Assembly: GCA_018826905.1 (NCBI GenBank) | Contig: JAHJYC010000005.1 | Span: 46,681 to 110,680 of the forward strand | Reading direction: 5' to 3' | Length of the DNA stretch: 64,000 bases | Source: Patescibacteria group bacterium | GTDB lineage: Bacteria > Patescibacteriota > Minisyncoccia > Phycocordibacterales > Phycocordibacteraceae | Part shown: piece after piece, positions 36,594-45,677 of the stretch | Layout of the letters: each line of letters begins with the position of its first letter | Position numbering within the stretch: the stretch's first letter is position 1 | The notes under the pieces: model-generated | Databases searched by the model: none | What the model was told of the DNA's origin: nothing | The model's input: only the letters and a program-made list of their open reading frames with translations | Position numbers and translations under genes: made by a program

Positions 36594-38357
36594 CTACGCT
36601 CTCGTACGAATCTCCTCAAGCACCCTTTCAACAAACTCAGATACAGCAATAGCTCCTTCAGGTCCCCGGTCTCTGCTTTCAACTGAAAGTGTGTTGCTCT
36701 CAATTTCCTTGTCTCCAACAACGAGAAGGTACGGAACCTTTTCTTGCTTTGCGCTTCGTATGCGCTTTCCGAGAGACTCGTTTGCATCATCAATCTCTAC
36801 ACGAATACCGGTACTCTGCATTTTCTGGAAGACGGTAGTCGCATATTCTTTCTGTTTTTCCGAAACGGGCAGTATGCGTGCCTGTATAGGACTTAACCAT
36901 GTGGGGAAGGCACCAGCGTAGTGTTCTATAAGAATTCCAAGGAAACGGTCAGGGGAGCCAACAAGTGCACGATGGATCATAACTGGTGTTTTCTTCGTGC
37001 CATCTTCGGCAGTGTACTCAAGACCAAACCGTGTTGGCTGCACGAAATCAAGCTGAATAGTAGATATCTGCCACTCTCGTCCAAGCGCATCAACGGCCAT
37101 AATATCTATCTTTGGCCCATAAAACGCTGCTTCACCAAGCGCCTCTTTAAACTCAATATTTTGAGTCGTAAGTAAATCGCGCATAACATCCTCAGCACGA
37201 TCCCATGTTGCATCCTCTCCTAAGTACTTCTCTTTGTTCTCAGGGTCACGTAATGAAAGACGCATCCAATACGAAATGCGATAAGTACCAAGTGCTTCCT
37301 GTATTGCAGCAAGTACGTTACTTACTTCCTTTTCAATCTGATCCTCTCTACAAAAGATATGCCCATCATCTTGACTAAATGCACGTAGACGAGTGAGGCC
37401 CGAGAGTTCTCCGGGACGCTCATCTCTATAGAGGACAGCAAAGTCTGAATATCTAATCGGAAGGTCTCTGTATGAGCGGGGCTTAGATGCAAAAATCTGC
37501 GTGTGTTGCGGACAATTCATCGGCTTCAAGAACATTTCGTCGGCAACGTACTGAGAGCGTACAGACAGCATGTCCTCCTTGTACTGATCGTAGTGTCCAG
37601 AGGTCTTGAATAATTCGGCCTTGTTTACGTTTGGAGTATGAACCTCTCCAAATCCAAGCTTGTTATTTAATTCTCGTGAGTAGCCAACTATTTCGTTGCG
37701 CACCGTAGCTCCGCGAGGAGTAAACAGGGGCATCCCCGGACCAACCAGATCTGAAAAGGTGAATAAGTCTAGTTCCTTCCCAAGCTTTCGGTGATCTCGT
37801 TTCTTTGCTTCCTCCTGTTGCGCTTGGTAGGCAACAAGTGCTTCCTTTGTATCAAAAGCAAGTCCGTAAATGCGGGTGAGCATGGGATTCTTCTCGTCTC
37901 CGCGCCAATAAGCGCCCGCAATACGCTCAAGCACGAATGTCCCAATCTTTATGTCATGCGCAGGACTTTCTGCGTGTCCTCCGCGACACAGATCCGTAAA
38001 GCCTCCTGCTGTATAGAGCGTAATAGGATCTTTCGCTGAAACGATGCCTTCAATAAGCTCAAGTTTGAAAGGATTCTCTGCAAAACGTGCGCGGGCATCT
38101 TCAGGAGATATCTCATTGCCGGTCATAGAGCCCCAGGAAGGAAGCATCTCTTCCATAGATGCCTGGAGTATCTCAAGGTCTGCCTCCTTTGGTGCAGGAC
38201 CTTCAGAGAAGTCAAAGTCGTAGTAAAACCCGTTATCAATAGCTGGACCGATAGTGGGGCGTGCGTGTGGGTATCGCTCAAGCACAGCAGCGGCAAGCAC
38301 ATGAGCCAGGGTGTGGCGCTTTTCTTCTAGGGAAGCCATATGGTAGGAGAATAGCAT
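36594..38357 (-). CDS. thrS: Threonine--tRNA ligase (lacks the N-terminal TGS domain; retains the editing-domain HxxxH motif).
   Basis: 'RHTLAHVLAAAV...GPAIDNGFYYDF' second additional domain. Class II catalytic core. Anticodon-binding domain. 587 aa. Confidence 0.85.
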   Translation of the reverse strand: MLFSYHMASLEEKRHTLAHVLAAAVLERYPHARPTIGPAIDNGFYYDFDFSEGPAPKEADLEILQASMEEMLPSWGSMTGNEISPEDARARFAENPFKLELIEGIVSAKDPITLYTAGGFTDLCRGGHAESPAHDIKIGTFVLERIAGAYWRGDEKNPMLTRIYGLAFDTKEALVAYQAQQEEAKKRDHRKLGKELDLFTFSDLVGPGMPLFTPRGATVRNEIVGYSRELNNKLGFGEVHTPNVNKAELFKTSGHYDQYKEDMLSVRSQYVADEMFLKPMNCPQHTQIFASKPRSYRDLPIRYSDFAVLYRDERPGELSGLTRLRAFSQDDGHIFCREDQIEKEVSNVLAAIQEALGTYRISYWMRLSLRDPENKEKYLGEDATWDRAEDVMRDLLTTQNIEFKEALGEAAFYGPKIDIMAVDALGREWQISTIQLDFVQPTRFGLEYTAEDGTKKTPVMIHRALVGSPDRFLGILIEHYAGAFPTWLSPIQARILPVSEKQKEYATTVFQKMQSTGIRVEIDDANESLGKRIRSAKQEKVPYLLVVGDKEIESNTLSVESRDRGPEGAIAVSEFVERVLEEIRTRA

Positions 38358-38394
38358 GAAAATGACGACCGAAGAGGGTCGTCATATGTCCTGA

Positions 38395-38592
38395 TTATGT
38401 GTTCGCGAGCTTCTGGATGCGCCCAGAGAAATCGTCAAGCAGGACTTGCAGTTCTGCCGGAATTTCCGCGTCCGTGCCGTTGTTTTCAAGAGCTTCAAGC
38501 CCTATCACTACACAGGCGCAGGCCTGCACCGTCTTGGAGGGCAATCCCTCTCCAAGACTGAGCACATCTTTTAGCGTTACCGTAGTAGCCAT
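38395..38592 (-). CDS. Possible small hypothetical protein (65 aa) between thrS and dnaE.
   Basis: The ORF fills the gap on the same strand. It has no recognisable motif. Confidence 0.25.
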   Translation of the reverse strand: MATTVTLKDVLSLGEGLPSKTVQACACVVIGLEALENNGTDAEIPAELQVLLDDFSGRIQKLANT

Positions 38593-38625
38593 CTAGACCC
38601 TCCAAAGACCAGTACGTCTCTTATA

Positions 38626-41600
38626 TCACAGAGCCTTTGCGTTCTCTATAGAAAGCGACGTCTCTCCATTTCTAATGGATACGGTTGCTTTAATAAGGAT
38701 GCAGGTGCCAGACGTAAGAAGAGCCGCGTGCTCGCTAAAGAGTTTTGGAAATACAACTGCCTCTATGCTGTCTGATTTGTCAGACACACGTATGAATGCC
38801 ATCTTCTCTCCCTTCTTTGTAAGAAGCGTGCGCACCTCTTCAAGCAAGATAGGCAAGATAACGGTGAGCCCTTGCTTCGGGTCTGCTTTGATTTCTGCAA
38901 TAGTGGTCCCTGCTTTGCTTATGGTCTCAGTGTGCGCATCTAGTGGATGGCCAGACACATAAATACCAAGAAGTTCTTTCTCCCAGAGTAACTTTTCTGA
39001 AAGAAGTGTTTCTTTTTGTCCTTGAGGAAGCGAGAGCGTGGGCGCGGCAAAGGAAGAGCCGAACAAAGAATCTTGTGGTGCTGCAGCAGTTGCATCCTTA
39101 TGAAAGGAGAGGAGGGTTTCTATGTGTGTCAGAAGATGCGCACGATCTCCAAAGGTATCCAATGCACCTGATTTAATAAGTGCTTCAAGAGACTTCTTGT
39201 TGAGGTTCTTTGAAGAGACACGAGACAAGAAATCAGAAAGAGACGCGAAAGGACCGTTTTCTTCTCTCTCAGCAATTATTGCTTCTGAGATTCCTTGCCC
39301 AAAGTTTTTGATGGTGGTGAGTCCAAAACGAACGGTATCTTTCTTCTCTCCTGCTACGGTGAAGTCTGAATCGGATTCATTAATATCTGGTGGGAGAACA
39401 GGAATGGAGAGGCGTTCCGCTTCAGCAACAAGTATTGAAATTTGCTCTGTGTCTCCTGCGTCAGCAGTAAGGAGCGCGGCCATATATTCAACAGGGTAGT
39501 TGGCCTTCATGTAGGCTGTCTGGTACGCAACTTTCCCATAGCACGCAGCATGGGCCTTGTTGAATCCGTAGGCAGCAAACGGCTCAATAAGTTTCCAGAT
39601 GCGTTCAGCTTTCTGTTCGGAAAGCTTCCCGTACTCTTTGAAGCCTTTCATAAGCTTCTCCTTCTGTGCCTCCATTTCAGCGGGAATCTTCTTTCCCATA
39701 GCTTTGCGGAGCATGTCTGCTTCAAGCCAGGAATACCCGCCGAGAGTAATGGCAGTGAGGAGCACATCGTCCTGGTAGACGAGTAATCCGTATGACGCAT
39801 CAAGATACTCCTTCATGCGTTCGTCTAGGTATGAGATAAGACGTGCATTCTTTTTGCGCTCAATGTATTGCGGAATAGTCTCCATTGGTCCCGGGCGGTA
39901 CAGGGCAACCATGGCATTGATGTCATGGATAGAGGTGGGCTGTAGTTCCTTCAGATATCGCGTCATGCCAGAGCCGTTCAATTGGAAGGTTCCTTCAGTT
40001 TCTCCTCGAGCGAGCATGGCGAATGTCTTCTGGTCATCAATCGGCACATTCTCAATATCAATCCATATGTCACGTGTTTCTCGCACGCGCTCAACTGCGT
40101 CTGAAAGAATGGCGAGGTTCTTAATACCAAGGAAATCAAACTTAAGGAGCCCTGCGTCCTCAACGGCGTGCATATCAAACTGTGTGATGCGCTTCTCTGG
40201 ATGTTTCGGATCAAACTGTACCGGAGTCCATTCTTGTAGGGGAGTTGGAGCGATAACCACACCAGCAGCATGCACACCTGTGTGACGCACGCACCCCTCA
40301 ATACGCTTTGCTAGGTCCAGAATTTCTTTCACATCTTCATCTTCGTCGTACAGCTGCTTCAGCTCAGGTTCAAGCTCAAGTGCTCGTGTAATAGTCATGG
40401 GGAATCCCTGACTTCCCATAGGAATAAGTTTAGCGATACGGTCTCCAGTACGATATGCATGTCCGAGAGCACGAGAGACATCTCTTACGGCCGCGCGCGC
40501 CATGAGTGTTCCAAAGGTACCAATCTGAGCAACCTTGTCTTCACCATATTTCTCACGAGCATACGCAATCATCTCGTCACGCCGGTTATCGGCGAAGTCC
40601 ATATCAATATCCGGTGCTTTAGGACGTTCCGGATTTAAGAAGCGCTCAAAAGGCAGTTTATAGAACAGCGGATCTACGTTCGTGATACCGCAGAGATAGG
40701 AAACAAGAGAGCCTGCAGCTGATCCGCGAGTGGTGGACATAATGCCAGCAGACTTTGCGAAGGTAAGCAGGTCTGATACCGCAAGGAAGTAGGGAGCAAA
40801 CCCTTTAGATATGATGACATCAAGCTCGTATTCAATACGCGTTACTACTTCGTCTGTTTTCTCCATACCGCGCATAGTCAGTCCACCGTATGTTTTCTTG
40901 CGCAGTTCTTCTTCGTGGCTAGATCCTTCCGGCACTTCAACATGAGGGAAGTTCCAACTGCCAAGCTTCATAGTTACGGAGCATCGGTCTGCGATTTCTC
41001 CAGAGGCGTCTACCGCTTCAGGAATATCTTTAAACCACTCACGCATTTGTTTCTCTGTAACAAAAGAGAAGTCTTCTTCTTCGTTACGCCCGCGTTCCCC
41101 TTGTCCAATACGACGCAGAACCTCCGTTGCTTCACGGTCCTCTGGCTTTAGATAGTAAACGTCATGTTGTGCAACAAGTCGCACACCCTCCTTTTTCCCA
41201 AGTTCTTGAATGCGTGCCATGCGCTCTGTATGTCCTTCAACCTTTGGGTGATGGGTAACTTCAAGAAAGACATTCTCTTTCCCGAAGATGCTTACGTACT
41301 CAGCAAGTACTGCGGCCGCACCATCTGCGTCGCCCGCCTTGAATGCAGTTGCAACATCGCCTGCAAAGGAAGGCAGGATGGCAATGAGACCCTCGCGATG
41401 TTCACGCAAAAGTTCCTTGTCCATGCGAGGACGCTCCAAGAAGCCCTCCAAGAACGATTTAGACACCAGTGCCATAAGGTTTTGGTACCCAGTGTTATTT
41501 TCTGCGAGTAGTACGATGCGTGTGCGTGTAGTATCAAGGCGCTCTTTGTCGTGTCGTGAGTGGGGAGCGAGGTACGCATCAACACCAATAATTGGTTTAA

Positions 41601-41778
41601 TGTCTGCCTTCGTAGTCGCCTGATAAAAAGAGATAGCTCCATGCATATTGCCCGCATCAGTAAGTCCGAGAGCGAACATGCCTTGTTTTTTAGCCTCTTG
41701 AACCAACTCCTTCACTTTAGGAAGCGCCTGCAAGAAGCTGTAGTGGCTGTGTGTGTGGAGATGAACAAAGCGTCCCAT
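38626..41778 (-). CDS. dnaE: DNA polymerase III alpha subunit.
   Basis: PHP domain 'FVHLHTHSHYSFLQA'. Pol-IIIa palm and fingers regions. 1050 aa. Confidence 0.9.
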   Translation of the reverse strand: MGRFVHLHTHSHYSFLQALPKVKELVQEAKKQGMFALGLTDAGNMHGAISFYQATTKADIKPIIGVDAYLAPHSRHDKERLDTTRTRIVLLAENNTGYQNLMALVSKSFLEGFLERPRMDKELLREHREGLIAILPSFAGDVATAFKAGDADGAAAVLAEYVSIFGKENVFLEVTHHPKVEGHTERMARIQELGKKEGVRLVAQHDVYYLKPEDREATEVLRRIGQGERGRNEEEDFSFVTEKQMREWFKDIPEAVDASGEIADRCSVTMKLGSWNFPHVEVPEGSSHEEELRKKTYGGLTMRGMEKTDEVVTRIEYELDVIISKGFAPYFLAVSDLLTFAKSAGIMSTTRGSAAGSLVSYLCGITNVDPLFYKLPFERFLNPERPKAPDIDMDFADNRRDEMIAYAREKYGEDKVAQIGTFGTLMARAAVRDVSRALGHAYRTGDRIAKLIPMGSQGFPMTITRALELEPELKQLYDEDEDVKEILDLAKRIEGCVRHTGVHAAGVVIAPTPLQEWTPVQFDPKHPEKRITQFDMHAVEDAGLLKFDFLGIKNLAILSDAVERVRETRDIWIDIENVPIDDQKTFAMLARGETEGTFQLNGSGMTRYLKELQPTSIHDINAMVALYRPGPMETIPQYIERKKNARLISYLDERMKEYLDASYGLLVYQDDVLLTAITLGGYSWLEADMLRKAMGKKIPAEMEAQKEKLMKGFKEYGKLSEQKAERIWKLIEPFAAYGFNKAHAACYGKVAYQTAYMKANYPVEYMAALLTADAGDTEQISILVAEAERLSIPVLPPDINESDSDFTVAGEKKDTVRFGLTTIKNFGQGISEAIIAEREENGPFASLSDFLSRVSSKNLNKKSLEALIKSGALDTFGDRAHLLTHIETLLSFHKDATAAAPQDSLFGSSFAAPTLSLPQGQKETLLSEKLLWEKELLGIYVSGHPLDAHTETISKAGTTIAEIKADPKQGLTVILPILLEEVRTLLTKKGEKMAFIRVSDKSDSIEAVVFPKLFSEHAALLTSGTCILIKATVSIRNGETSLSIENAKAL

Positions 41779-41823
41779 AATATGAACAGTATATCTGTTC
41801 TAGAGCACTCAATACAGGGGACT

Positions 41824-42333
41824 ATGAGGTACTATTACTTCATGCGAATTCAGCCCGTTAAACGGGGCTTTACCCTTATAGAGTTACTCGTTGTTATTGC
41901 TATTATCGGGCTCTTGTCTTCAGTGGTGCTTGCCAACTTAAGTACTGCACGCTTGAAAGCAAACAATGCGGCAGCGCTCGCCACAGGTAATTCAGTGCTT
42001 ACAAATATTGTTGCGTGTGATCTTGCGGGCGGGAAGGTGGTTGCCCCAAACTCTACGACCGTTCCAACAAATGCACTCTGTACCCTTGGTTCTGCATACG
42101 GCAAGTGGCCAAAAGCACCTAATGGATGGGTGTGGAGTACCTCTGTATGGACATCAGGAGATCAGAATCTTATATACACAACGAGCACCTACAACTCAAA
42201 CCAAATGTATTGTGGGCATTATCCACAATGGGACTCAAGTTACTGTAATTCAGTCTCAACGGCAGGATTATGCAGAGGAAGGAATAATTTCACCTGCACT
42301 ATGTATGACTCAACAACTGGATACTGGAAATAA
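41824..42333 (+). CDS. Type IV pilin-like protein.
   Basis: 'KRGFTLIELLVVIAIIGLLSSVVLANLSTARLKANNAAA'. The start was set at ATG 41824 (AGGGG SD upstream) rather than the ORF-track 41560, which would overlap the dnaE start. Confidence 0.75.
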   Translation: MRYYYFMRIQPVKRGFTLIELLVVIAIIGLLSSVVLANLSTARLKANNAAALATGNSVLTNIVACDLAGGKVVAPNSTTVPTNALCTLGSAYGKWPKAPNGWVWSTSVWTSGDQNLIYTTSTYNSNQMYCGHYPQWDSSYCNSVSTAGLCRGRNNFTCTMYDSTTGYWK

Positions 42334-42354
42334 AGAGGATATATACTGATACAT

Positions 42355-42594
42355 ATGGAAAACATCTCATTTGATGAGGAACAGCTCGTACGCACCGCAC
42401 CACTAGCAACCAAAAAGCCTGCACTCGTAGAGTTAGTTCTTCGTTGGAAACTCGCCAAAGACCAAAAGAGTGCGGAGATTCTTCTTATTAGCGTTGCTGT
42501 TATTGCAGGAGTACTTGCTTTGACGGTTCCGCTACTCTCAGTGCCCAAAGATATCCCGCCTCCACAAGTCACGCCATTTCCAGCAGGACAATGA
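42355..42594 (+). CDS. Small single-TM membrane protein, the third paralog of the pilin-adjacent family.
   Basis: 'ENISFDEEQL...ATKKPALVELVLRWKLAKDQKSAEILLISVAVIAGVLALTV...PPPQVTPFP'. A 4-bp overlap joins it to rnhB. Confidence 0.5.
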   Translation: MENISFDEEQLVRTAPLATKKPALVELVLRWKLAKDQKSAEILLISVAVIAGVLALTVPLLSVPKDIPPPQVTPFPAGQ

Positions 42595-43166
42595 AATTAG
42601 TGGGGGTTGATGAGGCGGGCCGAGGACCTATCGCAGGTCCAGTTGCTGTTGGCGCAGTCTGTGTGCCGGAAGAGTATCCAATCTTGGATATATTTCCTGG
42701 TTTGAATGATTCAAAAAAGCTCTCTGAGAAGAAAAGAGAAGCTCTCTTCTTAATCCTCCAAGAAGAGATTCGTAAAGGAGGTATTTCCGCTACCGTATGT
42801 CTTTCAAGTGCAAAGATGATTGATGAAAAGGGAATTGCATATGCAGTGCGACATGCACTTAACAGAGGAGTTACAAAGCTCCTTCCAGATTCTAAAGAAG
42901 GAAAGGTATTCCTAGACGGTTCTTTGCATGCGCCAGAAGAATACGTTCAGGAAACTGTTATTGGAGGAGATGGGACTGTTCCGGTAATTATGCTCGCTTC
43001 TATTGCCGCAAAGGTAACCAGGGATAGACTCATGAAAAAGAGGGCAGAAGAATATCCTGAATATAGTTTTGAGACTCATAAAGGATATGGGACCAAAGCA
43101 CACTATGCAGCGCTTCGTGCGCATGGACTGTGCCTTGAACACAGAGCTTCTTTTATACACCTGTAA
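42591..43166 (+). CDS. rnhB: Ribonuclease HII.
   Basis: 'GVDEAGRGPIAGPVAVGAV' RNase HII N-terminal catalytic motif. 191 aa. Confidence 0.85.
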   Translation: MKLVGVDEAGRGPIAGPVAVGAVCVPEEYPILDIFPGLNDSKKLSEKKREALFLILQEEIRKGGISATVCLSSAKMIDEKGIAYAVRHALNRGVTKLLPDSKEGKVFLDGSLHAPEEYVQETVIGGDGTVPVIMLASIAAKVTRDRLMKKRAEEYPEYSFETHKGYGTKAHYAALRAHGLCLEHRASFIHL

Positions 43167-43566
43167 ATACAGGGAGGGCCGCCAGCAAAGTCGCGCTGAC
43201 GGCCCCGAAGACTGCCGAAGCAATCTTGTGTCTGGTATCTAAGACGAGATTGCTCTCGTGTCAGATAGCAGAAAGCGTTGTCTATCCGACGCTTGGCGGG
43301 GTGAGGGTTTTCTGGAATCCGTCAGGGATCCAGAAGAAAGTGCCGTTCCCTCGGTCTCTGTTTGAACTGGTTCATCCGCTTTCTCATCTTCCGTTCCTTT
43401 TAGGTCGGTGTGCATGTGTGTGGGGTTGAACCGCTTCACTCCGCTAACGCTGGAGCTTACGCGCCGTGCCTTATTCGCTGGCAGAGGGCACTTATTGTGT
43501 AGCATTTATGTGTTCGCTCTCCAACCCCTTCCGCAAGAAACAAGGCTGTGGTATGGTGTGCCCACT

Positions 43567-43908
43567 ATGTCTGTACGAATGCGCCACACCCGTTCTCATA
43601 CCCGAAACCGCCGAAGCCACCATGCGCTTACGGACGGGGCTCTTGTTGTTGATAAGGATACTGGATCTGTCCGACAGCCTCACCGTATTGATGAGGCGAC
43701 TGGTATGTATCGCGGTATGCAGATCATCACTCCAAAGGTAAAGAGCGAGAAGAAGAGCAAGAAGGAAGGACGTGCAGAGCGCTCTGTAGTTGAAGTTGCA
43801 GACACGACACCTGAGGGCGCAAAGAAAGAGCAGAAGAAGCCAACGCTTCTTGGAAAGGTAACAAAAGCTCGTTCTAACACCCGTTCAGGATTCGGAGGAG
43901 GAGTGTAA
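43567..43908 (+). CDS. rpmF: 50S ribosomal protein L32 with a Lys-rich C-terminal extension.
   Basis: 'MSVRMRHTRSHTRNRRSHHALT...VDKDTG...YRGMQI' matches the bL32 N-terminal signature. The start was set at ATG 43567. Confidence 0.75.
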   Translation: MSVRMRHTRSHTRNRRSHHALTDGALVVDKDTGSVRQPHRIDEATGMYRGMQIITPKVKSEKKSKKEGRAERSVVEVADTTPEGAKKEQKKPTLLGKVTKARSNTRSGFGGGV

Positions 43909-43933
43909 CCCGGGCAACTCAAAATACTTATAC

Positions 43934-43967
43934 ACACTACGCGCCCCTGGCGCGTAGTGTTGTTTTT
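43934..43967 (+). terminator. Rho-independent terminator after rpmF.
   Basis: 'acactacgcgcc cctg gcgcgtagtgt tgttttt'. Confidence 0.7.
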
Positions 43968-43999
43968 AGGGTATCCTATCTATAACGCTCTTTTTATTT

Positions 44000-44902
44000 A
44001 TGGCTAACCGGCATCTCGCACGTTCTGTTGTTCTACAAACCCTCTTTGAGTGGGACACGTCTAACGCTTCCAAAGAGGAAGCAGAAGCAGCGCTCCAGCG
44101 AAACGTAGAAGAGTTTGGAGGAGATGATACAGACAAGCCATTTATGGAATTGCTCCTCCAGGGAGTGCTTGCAAAGCAGCCCGATCTTGATTTGGTTCTC
44201 ACAAAGGCTGCCCCTGATTGGCCGCTAGACCGCATTGCTCCTGTTGATAGGAATATTCTTCGTATTGGGCTGTATGAGCTGTTGTTTTCAGATCGCGCAC
44301 AGGTACCTGCCAAGGTAGCTATAAACGAAGCTATTGAGCTTGCAAAAGTATTTGGTGGAGACTCCTCTGGTCGTTTTGTGAATGGAGTACTTGGGGCGGT
44401 ATACAAGGAACTTGGTGAGCCGGGCAAGGATGAGACCGGGAAGAAAGAGCGCGTGCGACGAGAAGATCTCCCGCTACAACAGCTTGGGGGCGCGATTGTA
44501 TACGCACATCACGAGGGCCAGTACTATCTCGCATTGGTGCATGACGTGTTTGGACACTGGACACTGTCTAAAGGAAAGATTGAAGAGGGAGAAAATGTAG
44601 AGGAGGGAACGGTGCGTGAGATAAAGGAAGAGCTTGGTCTTGAGGTAACAATCAGAAGCAAGATTGGAGAGAATGAGTACATTGCTTCGCATCCTGAGCA
44701 CGGGAAGATGCGAAAGCATGTATCCTATTTCCTTGCAGAGTCTGAGTATGAGGATATCAAGCTTGAAAAGAAGGGAGGACTGGATGATGCTCGTTGGTTT
44801 AGGCTCACCGATATCTTGGATCTTAATTTTTATGACGACATGCTCCCTATCGTTACAGAGGCAGTACAGAAGCTGCTTGATACTGCGCGGACCCGTGTGT
44901 AG
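44000..44902 (+). CDS. nusB: NusB antitermination factor fused to a C-terminal Nudix hydrolase domain.
   Basis: N-terminal half: 'VPAKVAINEAIELAKVFGGDSSGRFVNGVL', near-identical to canonical NusB. C-terminal half: Nudix box 'GKIEEGENVEEGTVREIKEELGL' (GX5EX7REUXEEXGU). Confidence 0.75.
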   Translation: MANRHLARSVVLQTLFEWDTSNASKEEAEAALQRNVEEFGGDDTDKPFMELLLQGVLAKQPDLDLVLTKAAPDWPLDRIAPVDRNILRIGLYELLFSDRAQVPAKVAINEAIELAKVFGGDSSGRFVNGVLGAVYKELGEPGKDETGKKERVRREDLPLQQLGGAIVYAHHEGQYYLALVHDVFGHWTLSKGKIEEGENVEEGTVREIKEELGLEVTIRSKIGENEYIASHPEHGKMRKHVSYFLAESEYEDIKLEKKGGLDDARWFRLTDILDLNFYDDMLPIVTEAVQKLLDTARTRV

Positions 44903-44937
44903 GTTCCCATTCAGTACTTTTCTGGTATAACGGACCT

Positions 44938-45621
44938 ATGTCTGATTTCGCTGCACACGCAGAAAAGCTCGGCGTACAGTTTAACAACCTTGATTTACTG
45001 ATTGAGGCGTTGACCCATCGCTCATATTTGAATGAGCACCGTACTGCCGGGAACCATAACGAGCGTCTAGAGTTTCTAGGCGATGCGGTTCTTGAGCTTG
45101 CTGTTACACATTTTCTATTCACCCGTTTTCCCAACAAACCAGAAGGAGAATTAACGGCGTACAGAGCGGCCCTTGTAAATACCTATTCGCTTGCTGAAGA
45201 GGCAGAACGGCTCGGAGTAAACGATATGCTTCTTCTTTCTAAAGGAGAGCGAAAGGACACTGGAAGAGCCAGACAGATTATTCTTGCGAATGCCTTTGAG
45301 GCTATTCTTGGTGCTATTTATCTAGATCAAGGGTACGAGAGCGTAGATGCGTTCATCTCAAAGAATCTGAACCCAAAAATTGAGGAGGTTATTGCAAAGC
45401 GTACGTGGCAGGATGCAAAGAGTCATTTTCAGGAGATAGCGCAGGAAAAGCGTGGCGTTACTCCGACCTACAAGACCCTTACTGAAGAGGGGCCAGATCA
45501 CGACAAGCGATTTACCATTGGAGTGTTCTTAGGAGACAAAGAGATTGCGCGGGGCGAAGGCTCTAGCAAGCAGGAAGCTGAACAAGTAGCAGCGCAAGGA
45601 GCACTTGAAAAGATTGGGTAG
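44938..45621 (+). CDS. rnc: Ribonuclease III.
   Basis: 'ALTHRSY...NERLEFLGDAVLEL' RNase III signature. A C-terminal dsRBD. Confidence 0.85.
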   Translation: MSDFAAHAEKLGVQFNNLDLLIEALTHRSYLNEHRTAGNHNERLEFLGDAVLELAVTHFLFTRFPNKPEGELTAYRAALVNTYSLAEEAERLGVNDMLLLSKGERKDTGRARQIILANAFEAILGAIYLDQGYESVDAFISKNLNPKIEEVIAKRTWQDAKSHFQEIAQEKRGVTPTYKTLTEEGPDHDKRFTIGVFLGDKEIARGEGSSKQEAEQVAAQGALEKIG

Positions 45622-45677
45622 TTTTTTCTACAGAACGCACTGCATTCTCCTGCAAAGCCACGGTATACTGAAACACA

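Noticed and set aside
43167-43566. RNase P RNA or tmRNA in the rnhB-rpmF spacer.
   Set aside because: I could not find the CR-I 'GGAAAGUCCGGGC' or CR-V 'ACAGAACCCGGCUUA' motifs, nor the tRNA-like termini of tmRNA, on either strand by eye. It is kept as an unexplained structured region.
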